Assembly (NCBI GenBank): GCA_044426235.1
Contig: JAWXUS010000006.1
Span: 9,309 to 73,308, forward strand
Direction of reading: 5' to 3'
DNA length: 64,000 nt
Origin: Peptostreptococcaceae bacterium
GTDB taxonomy: Bacteria; Bacillota; Clostridia; Peptostreptococcales; Peptostreptococcaceae
Below, piece by piece: positions 19,164 through 29,906 of this stretch. Each line of letters begins with the position of its first letter. The first letter of the stretch is position 1. The position numbers were made by a program, and so were the translations under genes. The notes beneath the pieces are model-generated. The model did not search any database and was not told the origin of the DNA. It saw only the letters and a list, made by a program, of their open reading frames with translations.

Positions 19164-19188
19164 AACCCTCTAGAATTGAGGGTTTTTA
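19164..19188 (+). terminator. intrinsic terminator after the MATE gene
   Basis: Stem AACCCTC / GAGGGTT, 7-nt loop, T5. The stem and tail are identical to the ispF terminator. Confidence 0.7.
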
Positions 19189-19211
19189 TATTATGAAGGA
19201 GGCAATAATTT

Positions 19212-20918
19212 ATGAAAATGTCAAAAATGTTTATACCAACATTAAGAGAAGTACCAGCTGATGCAGTTATAAAAAGTCATCAGTTAATGTTAAGATCAGG
19301 TATGATTAAAAAGATGGCATCAGGAGTTTACAATCAATTACCTATGGGACTTAGAGTTTTTAATAAAGTTCAAAATATAATAAGAGATGAGATGAACAAA
19401 AAGGACGGACAAGAAGTAATGTGTTCAGCACTTATCCCAGCAGAACTTTGGAAAGAATCTGGAAGATGGGACGTTATGGGTGAGGAAATGATAAGACTTA
19501 AAGATAGAAATGATAGAGATTTCTGTTTAGGTCCAACTCACGAAGAAGTAATAACTGATATTGTAAGACAAGAAGTAACTTCTTATAAACAACTTCCACT
19601 TAATTTATATCAAATACAAGTTAAATATAGAGATGAAAGAAGACCAAGATTTGGAGTTATGAGAGGTAAAACTTTCACAATGAAGGATTCTTATAGTTTT
19701 GATATTAACGAAGAAGGACTTGATAAGAGTTATAACGATATGTTTGAGGCATACACAAACATATTTAATAGACTTCATTTAGAACACAGTGCAGTTCAAG
19801 CGGATACAGGAGCAATCGGAGGTTCTGTTTCAGCAGAATTTATGGTTAAGTCTGAAATTGGAGAAGATGAAATAGTATTCTGTAGTGGTTGTAGTTATGC
19901 AGCTAATATGGAAAAAGCAGTTTCAGTTAACAAAGAAGTTGTTAGCGAAGAAATGCTTGAAATGAAAGAAGTTTCAACTCCAAATCTTCACACAATAGAA
20001 GAATTATCCAGAGTATTTGATAAAAATAGATTAGCTAAAACTTTAGTATACGTTGCAGATGGAAAAACTGTAGGAGTAGTTGTTAGAGGAGATAGAGAAG
20101 TAAATGAAACTAAGGTAGCTAACTCTATCGGTTCTGTAGTTGAATTTGATTTGGCAAATGATACTACAGTTAAGAAAGTTACAAATGCTGAAGTTGGATT
20201 TGCAGGTCCTATAAACTTACAAACAGATTTCTTATTTATTGATCAAGAAGTTGTAGATTTAAAAAATGTTATAATAGGTGCAAATAAAACAGATTTTCAT
20301 ATAGAAAACGCTAATTACGGACGTGACTTTGAAGGAGTAGTAGGAGATTTTAGAAATGTTTCACAAGAAGATTGTTGTGTTGAATGCCAAAGTCCTTTAG
20401 AAATAAAAAGAGGTGTTGAAGTTGGGCACATATTTAAATTAGGAACTAAGTACTCAGAGTCTATGGGAGCAAACTTTATAGATCGTGATGGAAAATCTAA
20501 GCCAATGATTATGGGATGCTATGGTATAGGAGTTGAAAGAACTGCCGCTGCAATAGTTGAACAACACCATGATGATTTTGGAATAGTTTGGCCACTAGCA
20601 GTTGCGCCATATCATGCAGTTGTGGTACCTGTTAATATTAAAAAAGAAGAACATATGGAAAATGCAATTAAGATATATGAAGACCTTAAAAATATGGGTG
20701 TTGAAGTTTTACTTGATGATAGAGATGAAAGAGCAGGAGTTAAATTCAAAGATAGTGAGTTAATTGGTATACCAATTAGAATAACTGTAGGAAAAGATAT
20801 AGTTGATAACAAGGTTGAATTTAAGCTAAGACGCCAAGACGAAAAAGAAGTAATATTGCTTGACGAAATAGAAGATAAAGTAAGAGCAGAGTTTGAAAAA
20901 AATAATATTAAATTATAA
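19212..20918 (+). CDS. proS: proline--tRNA ligase, bacterial type with INS editing domain
   Basis: [17 protein letters not shown]-terminus and class II motifs (FRDE-like [26 protein letters not shown]). 568 aa. Confidence 0.95.
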   Translation: MKMSKMFIPTLREVPADAVIKSHQLMLRSGMIKKMASGVYNQLPMGLRVFNKVQNIIRDEMNKKDGQEVMCSALIPAELWKESGRWDVMGEEMIRLKDRNDRDFCLGPTHEEVITDIVRQEVTSYKQLPLNLYQIQVKYRDERRPRFGVMRGKTFTMKDSYSFDINEEGLDKSYNDMFEAYTNIFNRLHLEHSAVQADTGAIGGSVSAEFMVKSEIGEDEIVFCSGCSYAANMEKAVSVNKEVVSEEMLEMKEVSTPNLHTIEELSRVFDKNRLAKTLVYVADGKTVGVVVRGDREVNETKVANSIGSVVEFDLANDTTVKKVTNAEVGFAGPINLQTDFLFIDQEVVDLKNVIIGANKTDFHIENANYGRDFEGVVGDFRNVSQEDCCVECQSPLEIKRGVEVGHIFKLGTKYSESMGANFIDRDGKSKPMIMGCYGIGVERTAAAIVEQHHDDFGIVWPLAVAPYHAVVVPVNIKKEEHMENAIKIYEDLKNMGVEVLLDDRDERAGVKFKDSELIGIPIRITVGKDIVDNKVEFKLRRQDEKEVILLDEIEDKVRAEFEKNNIKL

Positions 20919-20935
20919 TTAAAAGGAGAAAAAGT

Positions 20936-22417
20936 ATGTCGGTTAGAGTTAGATTTGCACCAAGTCCAACTGGATTTGTTCATATAGGTAGTTTAAGAAC
21001 TGCGCTTTATAATTATTTATTTGCTAAAAAAATGGGTGGAACATATCTTTTAAGGGTTGAAGATACTGATCAAACTAGACTTGTTGATGGGGCAATAGAA
21101 AATATGTTAACTGCTATGAATTGGGGAGGAGTTAATCATACTGAAGGTGTTGTTCTTGGAGAAAATAATGAAATAACTCAAAAAGGTGAGTACGGTCCTT
21201 ATATTCAGTCGGAAAGACTTCATATTTACAAAGAATATATAGAAAAATTAATAGAAGATAATAAGGCATATTATTGTTTTTGTACTAAAGAAAGACTTGA
21301 TGAGGTACGTGAAAAACAAAAGGCTAATGGTGAAAATCCAAAGTATGATGGACATTGTAGAAATTTAACTAAAGAAGAAGTACAAAGTAGGATGGATAGT
21401 GGTGAGAGTTATGTTATAAGACTTAGATTACCAGAGAATTATACTATCAAGTTTGTTGATTTAGTAAGAGGAGAAACTGAATTCAATACTAATGATTTAG
21501 ATGATCAAGTTTTAATTAAAGCAGATGGATTCCCAACTTATCATTTTGCAGTTGTTGTTGATGATTATTTAATGAAAATAACTCACGTTATAAGAGGAGA
21601 AGAATGGGTTTCTTCAACTCCAAAACACGTTTATTTATATGAGGCTTTCGGTTGGCAAGCACCTACATTTGTTCATTTACCTAACATATTAAATACTGAA
21701 AAGAAAAAGTTAAGTAAAAGACAAGGTGACGTTGCGGTTGATGATTTTAAGAAAAAAGGATATTTACCGCAAGGACTTATAAATTATGTTGCACTTGTTG
21801 GTTGGTCACCAGAAGATAATCAAGAGATATTCTCTATGGAAGAACTTGAAAATGCTTTTTCAGTTGAAAGAGTTTCAAAAAGTGGAGGAGTATTCGATAC
21901 TGAAAAATTAAACTGGGTAAATCAACATTATATAAAAGATGCAGATACTAATTATTTAACTGATTTATCAATACCATTTTTAATTGAAGCTGATTTTATA
22001 AATGAAGAATACGCAAAAGATAAGTATGATTTCTTAACTGGAATGGTTGAAGTATTAAAAGAGAAACTTTCATATGTAAAAGAAATAACTAATCATTGTA
22101 ATATATTCTTTGGTGATGAAGTTAAAATGGAAACTGAAGAATGTGAAGAGTTCTTAAAACTAGATCATATGGAAACTCTAATAGATACTTTATATGAAAA
22201 AGTAGAGAATGCAGAAGTTATAAATGAAGACTTCGTTAAGGTTATGTTTAAGGAAATACAAAAAGAACACGGAATAAAAGGAAAAAATTTATTTATGGGT
22301 TCAAGAGTAACTATTACGGGACAGATGCATGGACCAGATCTTCCAAAAACTATGGAAGTATTAGGAAAAGAAACTTGTTTAAAGAGAATAGAATTCGTTA
22401 AAAATAACTTAATATAA
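20936..22417 (+). CDS. gltX: glutamate--tRNA ligase
   Basis: [19 protein letters not shown] (HIGH region) and KLSKRQ (KMSKS). Confidence 0.95.
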   Translation: MSVRVRFAPSPTGFVHIGSLRTALYNYLFAKKMGGTYLLRVEDTDQTRLVDGAIENMLTAMNWGGVNHTEGVVLGENNEITQKGEYGPYIQSERLHIYKEYIEKLIEDNKAYYCFCTKERLDEVREKQKANGENPKYDGHCRNLTKEEVQSRMDSGESYVIRLRLPENYTIKFVDLVRGETEFNTNDLDDQVLIKADGFPTYHFAVVVDDYLMKITHVIRGEEWVSSTPKHVYLYEAFGWQAPTFVHLPNILNTEKKKLSKRQGDVAVDDFKKKGYLPQGLINYVALVGWSPEDNQEIFSMEELENAFSVERVSKSGGVFDTEKLNWVNQHYIKDADTNYLTDLSIPFLIEADFINEEYAKDKYDFLTGMVEVLKEKLSYVKEITNHCNIFFGDEVKMETEECEEFLKLDHMETLIDTLYEKVENAEVINEDFVKVMFKEIQKEHGIKGKNLFMGSRVTITGQMHGPDLPKTMEVLGKETCLKRIEFVKNNLI

Positions 22418-22427
22418 ATTTATGATA

Positions 22428-22458
22428 AAGTCATATACCAGTATATGACTTTATTTAT
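22428..22458 (+). terminator. intrinsic terminator after gltX
   Basis: 10-bp stem AAGTCATATA / TATATGACTT, CCAG loop, T-rich tail. Confidence 0.7.
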
Positions 22459-22661
22459 TGAGTATTCACAACTAAATTGATTGATTAATATTATAAAAGT
22501 ATGCATAAAATTACCGAATTAAATTTATAGTGACTTTTATAACGATATTATAGTATAATTTATTTATAAAAAATCACATATAGAAATTATTCATTAAAAA
22601 ATAATAGGTATTTAAAATATTATTTTAATAAATAATAAATTATATGAATGGGAGAGTTTTT

Positions 22662-23699
22662 ATGAGGATGTTAAGAAAATCAATGGTTTTTGTAATGTCT
22701 GTTATTTTATCATCTAATATATTTATGATAAAAATTGAAGCGGTCACTGATATTAGTGGTCATTGGGCACAAAGTGAGATAGCAAGTTTTATCGAAAAAG
22801 GTTTTATTGGTGGATATGAAGACAATACATTTAGACCTAATAATCAAATAACAAGAGCAGAGTTTGTAACTATATTCAATAAATTCTTTGGACTTACAAA
22901 TACAAGTGGTAAAGTATTTAGTGATACCACTAATCACTGGGCGAAAGATAGTATTGATATAGCAGTTACAAATGGAATAACTAATGGACTTAGTGCAACT
23001 ATGTTTGGACCAAATGATCCATTAACTAGAGAACAAGCTGCAACTATGATATCTAATTACCTGAAATTAGCAGATACTAACCATAACACAATTTCTGCAT
23101 TTAAAGATGTAGCATCAATATCATCTTGGGCAAAGGATAGTGTTGAAGGTATCGTTGAAAATGGTTATATGGGAGGGTATAGCGACTCTACATTTAAGCC
23201 TACAAACAATATAACTAGAGCAGAAGCTGTGGTTACATTAAATAGACTAGATGGAGGTTCACTTGCAACTCCACCAACAACAACTACGCCAGATATAACT
23301 ACTAGTGCTTATTCAGCTTTTCAAGATGAAGTTTTAAGGCTTACAAATATTGAAAGAGTAAAGGTTGGAGCAGTTGCATTACAAGCTAATACAAAACTTA
23401 GTGAAGTTGCAACACTTAAATCAGAAGATATGATAAATAATAATTATTTTTCACATAGTTCACCTATATACGGTAGTCCATTTGAAATGATGGCAAGTTT
23501 TGGACTTACATTTAGTAAAGCTGCAGAAAACATTGCTTGGGGTCAAAGAACTCCAGAGGAAGTAGTTACTGCTTGGATGAATTCAGAAGGACATAAGAAA
23601 AATATATTAAATGGTGATTATACACATATAGGAATTGGAGTAGCAAAAGATTCTAGTGGAAGATATTACTGGACTCAAATGTTTATGACTCCAAAATAA
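22662..23699 (+). CDS. secreted cell-surface protein with three SLH repeats, a Thr/Pro linker and a CAP/SCP (YkwD-like) domain
   Basis: Signal peptide MRMLRKSMVFVMSVILSSNIFMIKIEA. Three SLH repeats, each with a TRAE/TREQ core. TPPTTTTPDITT linker. C-terminal SCP signature HSSPIYGSPF ... AENIAWGQ ... WMNSEGHKKNIL ... IGIGV. ATG 22662 follows GGGAGAG. Confidence 0.8.
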   Translation: MRMLRKSMVFVMSVILSSNIFMIKIEAVTDISGHWAQSEIASFIEKGFIGGYEDNTFRPNNQITRAEFVTIFNKFFGLTNTSGKVFSDTTNHWAKDSIDIAVTNGITNGLSATMFGPNDPLTREQAATMISNYLKLADTNHNTISAFKDVASISSWAKDSVEGIVENGYMGGYSDSTFKPTNNITRAEAVVTLNRLDGGSLATPPTTTTPDITTSAYSAFQDEVLRLTNIERVKVGAVALQANTKLSEVATLKSEDMINNNYFSHSSPIYGSPFEMMASFGLTFSKAAENIAWGQRTPEEVVTAWMNSEGHKKNILNGDYTHIGIGVAKDSSGRYYWTQMFMTPK

Positions 23700-23700
23700 A

Positions 23701-23730
23701 AAGATTACTGAAAATCAGTAATCTTTTTTT
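23701..23730 (+). terminator. intrinsic terminator after the SLH-CAP gene
   Basis: 11-bp stem AAGATTACTGA / TCAGTAATCTT followed by T7. Confidence 0.8.
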
Positions 23731-23799
23731 AATACTATGTATCAAAACTATTAGTTTTGAATTATAATATAAGGATATTAATCTAGAGAGGTGATATTT

Positions 23800-25197
23800 T
23801 TGAAAATATATAATACATTAAATAGACAAAAAGAAGAGTTTATTCCAATAGAAGAAGGAAAAGTAAAAATGTATGTTTGTGGTCCAACTGTATACAATTA
23901 TATACATATTGGAAATGCAAGACCATTTATAATGTTTGAAACTTTAAGAAGATATTTAGAATATAAAGGATACGAAGTAACTTTTGTACAAAACTTTACA
24001 GATGTTGATGATAAGATAATAAAAAGAGGTCATGAAGAAAATATGACTCCTGAAGAAGTTGCAAATAAATATATACAAGAATATTTTATTGATGCAGACA
24101 ATTTAGGAATTAAAAGAGCAAATATTCATCCAAAAGTTACTGATAATATAGAAGAAATAATAGAGTTCGTTAAAGAACTTGAAAGCAAAGGTTATGCTTA
24201 CGAATCTAAAGGAGATGTTTATTTTAATACCAAAGCATTTGATGGATATGGAAAATTATCTAAGCAAAATCAAGAAGATTTAGAGGCAGGGGCTAGGATT
24301 GAAGTAAATAGCAAAAAGAAAAATCCTATGGATTTTGTTTTGTGGAAAGCAAAAAAAGAAGGTGAACCCGGTTGGAATTCTCCTTGGGGAGAAGGTCGTC
24401 CAGGTTGGCATATAGAATGTTCTGTAATGTCTAATAGATATCTTGGTGAAACTATTGATATTCATGCAGGAGGACAAGATTTAACTTTCCCACATCATGA
24501 AAATGAAGTTGCACAAAGTGAGGCTAGAAGTGGAAAACCATTCTCAAATTACTGGATGCATAATGGATATATAAATATAAATAATGAGAAAATGAGTAAG
24601 TCAAAAGGTAACTTCTTTACAGTACGTGATATATCTAAAAAATATGATTTAGAAATAGTTAGATTCTTTATGTTATCATCACATTATAGAAATCCAGTTA
24701 ATTTTAGTGATGAATTATTAATGCAATCAAAGGCAGGTCTTGAAAGACTGTATAATGCTAAAGAAAAGTTAGAATTTGTTATAAGTAATTTAACGGATTC
24801 AAACCTACTTACTGAAGAAGAAAGTTTAGTTAATAATATTAAGGCATTTAAAGGAAAGTTTGTAAATGCTATGGATGATGATTTAAATACTGCTGATGCA
24901 ATAAGTATAATGTTTGAGTTATCAAGGTTTATGAATACTAACGTAAATGAAAATTCTTCAAAACAGTTTGCAGTTAAGTGTTTAGAGTTATTTGTTGAAT
25001 TAAGCGAAGTACTTAATATCGTTAGTAAGAACGAAGAAAATATAGTTGATGAAGAAATAGAGGATTTAATAAATAAAAGAGTTGATGCTAAGAAAAATAA
25101 AGATTTTGATTTAGCAGATCAAATAAGAAATGAACTTTTAGAAAAGGGAATAGTGATTGAAGACACTAGACAAGGTACTAAATGGAAAAGAGCATAA
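23800..25197 (+). CDS. cysS: cysteine--tRNA ligase
   Basis: CGPTVYNYIHIGNARP (HIGH) and KMSKSKGN (KMSKS). The likely start is TTG 23800 (MKIYNTL) after GAGAGGTG. The track start is GTG 23791. Confidence 0.95.
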   Translation: MKIYNTLNRQKEEFIPIEEGKVKMYVCGPTVYNYIHIGNARPFIMFETLRRYLEYKGYEVTFVQNFTDVDDKIIKRGHEENMTPEEVANKYIQEYFIDADNLGIKRANIHPKVTDNIEEIIEFVKELESKGYAYESKGDVYFNTKAFDGYGKLSKQNQEDLEAGARIEVNSKKKNPMDFVLWKAKKEGEPGWNSPWGEGRPGWHIECSVMSNRYLGETIDIHAGGQDLTFPHHENEVAQSEARSGKPFSNYWMHNGYININNEKMSKSKGNFFTVRDISKKYDLEIVRFFMLSSHYRNPVNFSDELLMQSKAGLERLYNAKEKLEFVISNLTDSNLLTEEESLVNNIKAFKGKFVNAMDDDLNTADAISIMFELSRFMNTNVNENSSKQFAVKCLELFVELSEVLNIVSKNEENIVDEEIEDLINKRVDAKKNKDFDLADQIRNELLEKGIVIEDTRQGTKWKRA

Positions 25198-25589
25198 AAG
25201 AAAGTGAATTAATGACAATATCATCTTTAACACTTGCTTATTTAGGAGATACAGTTTTTGAGTCATATATTAGAGAATATCTAATAACTGAAAATATAAA
25301 TAGAAAAGTTAATGATTATCATAAAACTGCAGTGAAATATGTTAAAGCACCTTCTCAAGCCAAGATAATTAGAGAGATAGAAAGTGAATTAACAGAAGAA
25401 GAAGTAAGAGTATATAAAAGAGGTAGAAATCAGAAATCAAATACTAGTGCAAAAAATGCAAATATAATAGATTATAGATGTGCAACTGGTTTTGAGGCAT
25501 TAATAGGATACTTATATATTTCAAAAGATACGGAAAGACTTGAATATATAATAAAAAAAGGAATTGAAATTTTAGAAAAAGAAATGTAG
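25182..25589 (+). CDS. mrnC: Mini-ribonuclease 3 (Mini-III)
   Basis: LAYLGDTVFESYIREYL RNase III signature and ATGFEALIGYLY. It overlaps the cysS end by 16 nt, as expected for the conserved pair. Confidence 0.9.
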   Translation: MEKSIKESELMTISSLTLAYLGDTVFESYIREYLITENINRKVNDYHKTAVKYVKAPSQAKIIREIESELTEEEVRVYKRGRNQKSNTSAKNANIIDYRCATGFEALIGYLYISKDTERLEYIIKKGIEILEKEM

Positions 25590-25590
25590 A

Positions 25591-25616
25591 AAGGGACTTT
25601 TTAAGTTCCTTTTTTC
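25591..25616 (+). terminator. intrinsic terminator after mrnC
   Basis: 9-bp stem with one G-U pair (AAGGGACTT / AAGTTCCTT), then a T run. Confidence 0.55.
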
Positions 25617-25708
25617 ATGCTACTATAAATTACTTAATATTCAAATCAATGGATTAATTTATTGTCATAATGTATAATATAATAAATGAATTTAGTGAGG
25701 AGATACGT

Positions 25709-26467
25709 ATGAAAGTAAAAATAATATCACATACACCAGAGCCAGAAAAAGTAATTACGATGGCGGGTAAACTTTGTTATTCACCAGTAGGTGTTGATGA
25801 AATAGAAAATAATTTAACTGAACAGTCAACTAATAAATTTATAAATATGTTAATGGATTTAGGACACGGAAGTATTTTTGAACACACAACATTTACATTT
25901 GCAGTAGAGGGAATATCAAGAGTTTGTACTCATCAACTAGTAAGACACAGAATAGCAAGTTTTTCTCAACAAAGTCAAAGATATGTAAAGCTTGACCAAT
26001 TTGAGTACATAATACCACAGGAAATAGAAAAAATTAAAGAAGCTAAAGAGTTGTTTATAGAGGCTATGAAAAAAGATCAAGAAACTTATGATAAGTTAGT
26101 GGAAATACTTTTTGATAAGCATTATAATCATTTAATTGAAAATGGGACTAGCGATAAGTCTGCAAAAAATAAAGCAGAAAAAATGGCAATAGAAGATGCA
26201 AGATATGTTTTTCCAAATGCTTGTGAAACAAAAATAGTATTTACTATGAACGCTAGAAGTCTATATAATTTTATAAATCATCGAGCTTGTGAAAGGGCTC
26301 AAACGGAAATAAGAGAGATGTCTATATTAATGCTTAAAGAGCTTAAAAAAGTAGCACCTCTTCTTTTTGAAAATATTGGACCTAATTGCGTTTCAGGACC
26401 GTGTCCGGAAAAAAATATGACTTGCGGTAAAATAGTAGAAATAAGAGAAAAATTTAAAAATTTATAA
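25709..26467 (+). CDS. thyX: FAD-dependent thymidylate synthase
   Basis: ThyX motif [17 protein letters not shown] 25709 follows GTGAGGAG. The track start 25670 is an upstream ATG with no RBS. Confidence 0.9.
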   Translation: MKVKIISHTPEPEKVITMAGKLCYSPVGVDEIENNLTEQSTNKFINMLMDLGHGSIFEHTTFTFAVEGISRVCTHQLVRHRIASFSQQSQRYVKLDQFEYIIPQEIEKIKEAKELFIEAMKKDQETYDKLVEILFDKHYNHLIENGTSDKSAKNKAEKMAIEDARYVFPNACETKIVFTMNARSLYNFINHRACERAQTEIREMSILMLKELKKVAPLLFENIGPNCVSGPCPEKNMTCGKIVEIREKFKNL

Positions 26468-26482
26468 ACATAGGAGAAAAAA

Positions 26483-27211
26483 ATGGCACAAATAGAAGGA
26501 AGAAATCCAGTTATAGAAGCTATAAAAAGTGATAGAGAAATAGATAAAATAATGATAGCAGGAAAAGAAGGATCAATAAAAAAGATTCTTGGAATGGCAA
26601 AAGACAAAGGAATAATAGTACAAAATGTTGATAGAAATAAACTTGATGAAATAAGTGAAAGTCATTCACATCAAGGCGTTATAGCTATGGTTAGTGATTA
26701 TAAATATCAAGAATTAGATGAAGTTATTGAAACTGTAAAACAAAAAGGAGAAGATGCTTTCATAATAATACTTGATGAAATAACTGATCCTCATAATTTA
26801 GGGTCAATAATTAGAACGGCAGATGCAGTAGGTGCGCATGCTGTTATAATTCCAAAGAGAAGATCAGTTGGAATAACTGCAGTAGTTGCAAAGGCATCAG
26901 CAGGAGCAGTTGAATATGTTCCAGTTTGTAAAGTAACGAATATAGTAAATACTATAAAAAAATTAAAAGACGAAGGTCTTTGGATAGCTGCAGCTGATAT
27001 GGACGGAGAAGTTTTCTATAATCAAAACTTAAAAGGTCCATTAGGTCTTGTAATTGGAAGTGAAGGATTTGGGATTTCTAGACTTGTAAAAGAAAATTGT
27101 GACTTTACAATAAAGATGCCTATGATTGGAAACGTAACATCTTTAAATGCATCTGTTGCAGGTGGAATTCTTTTATATGAAATATTTAAGCAAAGAAATA
27201 ATGAAAAGTAG
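26483..27211 (+). CDS. rlmB: 23S rRNA (guanosine-2'-O)-methyltransferase RlmB/YacO, TrmH/SPOUT family
   Basis: Motifs LDEITDPHNLGSIIRTA, LVIGSEGFGISR and SLNASVAGGILLYE. Confidence 0.9.
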   Translation: MAQIEGRNPVIEAIKSDREIDKIMIAGKEGSIKKILGMAKDKGIIVQNVDRNKLDEISESHSHQGVIAMVSDYKYQELDEVIETVKQKGEDAFIIILDEITDPHNLGSIIRTADAVGAHAVIIPKRRSVGITAVVAKASAGAVEYVPVCKVTNIVNTIKKLKDEGLWIAAADMDGEVFYNQNLKGPLGLVIGSEGFGISRLVKENCDFTIKMPMIGNVTSLNASVAGGILLYEIFKQRNNEK

Positions 27212-27722
27212 AAAAATTTTAATTGTAGATGGATATAACATAATAAATGCATGGGATTCACTAAAAGAATTAGCTCAAACAGATTTAAATCATTCAAGAG
27301 ATAAATTGATAGATATAATAATTGAATTTGCATCATTTACAGGAAGAAAAGCAATAATAGTTTTCGATGCATATAACATTAAAAATAGCATAGAAACTAA
27401 AGAAAAAAGAAAAAACGTAGTGGTTGTATATACAAAAGAACATCAAACTGCAGATAGCTATATAGAAAGTTACGTTGATAAGTTATCTAAATATGATGAT
27501 GTTAAAGTTGCAACCAATGATTATGCAGAACAACAAATCGTACTTGGAAAAGGTGCAACAAGAATTTCTTCAAGAGAATTAAATATAGAAATTGAAAATA
27601 TAAAACAAAGAATTAAAGAAAGTAATAATAATGGACAAAAAAAGATTCAAAGACACCGTTTAGAAGATAGATTAAATTCGGAAGTTTTGTCGAAACTTGA
27701 GAAGATTCGTAGAAGTGATTGA
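27201..27722 (+). CDS. NYN-domain ribonuclease YacP/Rae1
   Basis: MKSRKILIVDGYNIINAW N-terminus, and a conserved position between rlmB and sigH. ATG 27201 overlaps the rlmB stop. The track start 27147 lies inside rlmB. Confidence 0.85.
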   Translation: MKSRKILIVDGYNIINAWDSLKELAQTDLNHSRDKLIDIIIEFASFTGRKAIIVFDAYNIKNSIETKEKRKNVVVVYTKEHQTADSYIESYVDKLSKYDDVKVATNDYAEQQIVLGKGATRISSRELNIEIENIKQRIKESNNNGQKKIQRHRLEDRLNSEVLSKLEKIRRSD

Positions 27723-27780
27723 AATCACTTTATTTCTTGCGGTATAATATAGCTATTAAAAGTTTTTTAGGGGGAAAGAG

Positions 27781-28428
27781 ATGTTAATAGCGAATGATGA
27801 AACTTTTGATAATTTGAATTTTTATCAAAAAGATGAACATGAAATAGTATTAAATGCTAGTAAAGGGGATAAAATAGCATTAGAGTACATACTAAAAAAA
27901 TATGTTAAATTTGTTAAAATAAAAGCGAAATCTTACTTTTTAATAGGCGCAGATAGTGACGATATAATTCAAGAGGGAATGATTGGTTTATATAAAGCTA
28001 TAAGAGATTTTGATCCAACTAAGACAAGTTCTTTTAAAGCTTTCGCAGATGTTTGTATAACACGTCAAATAATAACTGCAATAAAAACTGCAACAAGGCA
28101 AAAACATATGCCTCTCAATTCTTACGTGTCATTAAATAAACCGGTTTATGAAGAAGAATCTGAAAGAACTCTTATTGATATGATAGCTCCAATTATTAAT
28201 AACGATCCAGAACAACTAATAATTAGTAAAGAGGAACTAAAACGAATTCAAGAAAAAATGAATGAAGTTTTAAGTGAATTAGAGCTAAAAGTAGTTGAAC
28301 TTTATCTAAATGGAAAGAGTTATCAAGATATAGCAGACAAATTAGAAAGAGATGTTAAGTCAATAGACAATGCTTTACAAAGAGTAAAGAGAAAATTGGA
28401 AAAATCTCTTGAAAACAATAATGATTAA
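27781..28428 (+). CDS. sigH: RNA polymerase sporulation sigma factor SigH
   Basis: Sigma-70 region 2 (DIIQEGMIGLYKAIRDFD) and region 4 HTH (SYQDIADKLERDVKSIDNALQRVKRKL). Conserved position before rpmG-secE-nusG. Confidence 0.9.
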   Translation: MLIANDETFDNLNFYQKDEHEIVLNASKGDKIALEYILKKYVKFVKIKAKSYFLIGADSDDIIQEGMIGLYKAIRDFDPTKTSSFKAFADVCITRQIITAIKTATRQKHMPLNSYVSLNKPVYEEESERTLIDMIAPIINNDPEQLIISKEELKRIQEKMNEVLSELELKVVELYLNGKSYQDIADKLERDVKSIDNALQRVKRKLEKSLENNND

Positions 28429-28497
28429 TAGTAAAATGTTACTGTAGCCTATTTTAGGCAGAATTTTAATTTATATTTTATAAGGAGGTATTTCGAG

Positions 28498-29691
28498 ATG
28501 GCAAAAGCTAAATTTGAAAGAAACAAGCCACACGTAAATATAGGAACAATAGGGCACGTTGACCACGGTAAAACTACGTTAACAGCTGCAATAACAAAAA
28601 CTCTACACCACAAATATCAATTAGGGGAAGCAGTAGACTTCGCTAATATAGATAAAGCACCAGAAGAAAGAGAAAGAGGAATCACAATATCAACAGCACA
28701 CGTTGAATATGAGACTCCAAATAGACATTATGCACACGTTGACTGTCCAGGACATGCTGATTATGTTAAGAACATGATAACAGGAGCAGCTCAAATGGAT
28801 GGAGCAATATTAGTTTGTTCAGCAACAGATGGACCAATGCCTCAAACAAGAGAGCATATATTATTATCAAGACAAGTTGGGGTACCATATATAGTAGTAT
28901 TCTTAAACAAGTGTGATGTAGTAGATGATGAAGAATTATTAGAGTTAGTTGAAATGGAAATAAGAGACTTATTAAACGAGTACGATTTCCCAGGAGATGA
29001 TACTCCAATAATGAGAGGATCAGCTTTAATGGCATTAGAAGATCCAGATTCAGAGTGGGGTAACAAAATAGTAGAATTATTCGAGCAAATAGATACTTAT
29101 ATACCAGAGCCAGAAAGAGCAGTAGATAAGACTTTCTTAATGCCAGTAGAAGATGTATTCTCAATAACAGGAAGAGGAACAGTTGCTACAGGAAGAGTAG
29201 AAAGAGGAGTACTTAAGGTTCAAGATGAAGTTGAAGTAATAGGATTAACTGAAGAGCCAAGAAAAGTAGTAGTAACAGGAGTAGAAATGTTCAGAAAATT
29301 ATTAGATCAAGCACAAGCTGGAGATAATATAGGAGCATTAATAAGAGGGATTCAAAGAGATGAAATCCAAAGAGGTCAAGTTTTAGCTAAAGCTGGAAGT
29401 GTTAAGGCACATACAAAGTTTAAGGCTGAGGTTTACGTATTAAAGAAAGAAGAAGGTGGTAGACATACTCCATTCTTCGATGGATACAGACCACAATTTT
29501 ACTTTAGAACAACTGACGTTACAGGAGCTTGTAAGTTACCAGATGGAATAGAAATGGTAATGCCAGGAGATAACGTAACAATGACAGTTGATTTAATAAA
29601 CTCAATAGCGATAGAAGAAGGATTAAGATTCGCTATAAGAGAAGGTGGAAGAACAGTTGCTTCGGGAGTTGTTGCTTCTATAGAAGAATAA
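28498..29691 (+). CDS. tuf: elongation factor Tu, copy 1
   Basis: Motifs [14 protein letters not shown] and NKCD. The protein is identical to copy 2. Confidence 0.98.
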   Translation: MAKAKFERNKPHVNIGTIGHVDHGKTTLTAAITKTLHHKYQLGEAVDFANIDKAPEERERGITISTAHVEYETPNRHYAHVDCPGHADYVKNMITGAAQMDGAILVCSATDGPMPQTREHILLSRQVGVPYIVVFLNKCDVVDDEELLELVEMEIRDLLNEYDFPGDDTPIMRGSALMALEDPDSEWGNKIVELFEQIDTYIPEPERAVDKTFLMPVEDVFSITGRGTVATGRVERGVLKVQDEVEVIGLTEEPRKVVVTGVEMFRKLLDQAQAGDNIGALIRGIQRDEIQRGQVLAKAGSVKAHTKFKAEVYVLKKEEGGRHTPFFDGYRPQFYFRTTDVTGACKLPDGIEMVMPGDNVTMTVDLINSIAIEEGLRFAIREGGRTVASGVVASIEE

Positions 29692-29714
29692 TATTTAATT
29701 ATATTATTTTTAAA

Positions 29715-29742
29715 GAAGAGGGAGAGAAATCTCTCTCTTTTT
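29715..29742 (+). terminator. intrinsic terminator after tuf copy 1
   Basis: GAGGGAGAG / CTCTCTCTT stem with AAAT loop, then T5. Confidence 0.75.
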
Positions 29743-29790
29743 AGCATATTTTTTACTAAAATACCTTATTGTAAGCATACATATAAATCC

Positions 29791-29819
29791 TTGACACAAA
29801 TAATAAATTATGTTAAGTT
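29791..29819 (+). promoter_or_regulatory. candidate promoter of rpmG-secE-nusG
   Basis: TTGACA (29791-29796), 17-nt spacer, TGtTAAGTT extended -10. Confidence 0.45.
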
Positions 29820-29906
29820 ATAAAGGATGACGATTAAGGAAGGTAATAATACCTCAATAGGTGTTATTTTACTATATATATAGTACAACAATTTGGAGGT
29901 GTAATG

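Larger units (their letters stand above)
28498..29742 (+). repeat. 1245-bp direct repeat, copy 1 (tuf ORF plus 51-nt 3' UTR with terminator)
   Basis: By-eye alignment with 44282-45526 shows identity from the ATG to the T tract of the terminator. The antisense track ORFs of 132 and 74 aa are also identical in both copies. Confidence 0.85.

Noticed and set aside
19097-19211. Looked for T-box leaders upstream of proS, gltX (20919-20935) and cysS (23700-23799).
   Set aside because: The intergenic regions are about 115, 17 and 100 nt. They are mostly occupied by the preceding gene's terminator, which leaves too little room for a specifier loop plus antiterminator. No T-box consensus (AAnnnGGGTGGTACCGCG-like) was seen.
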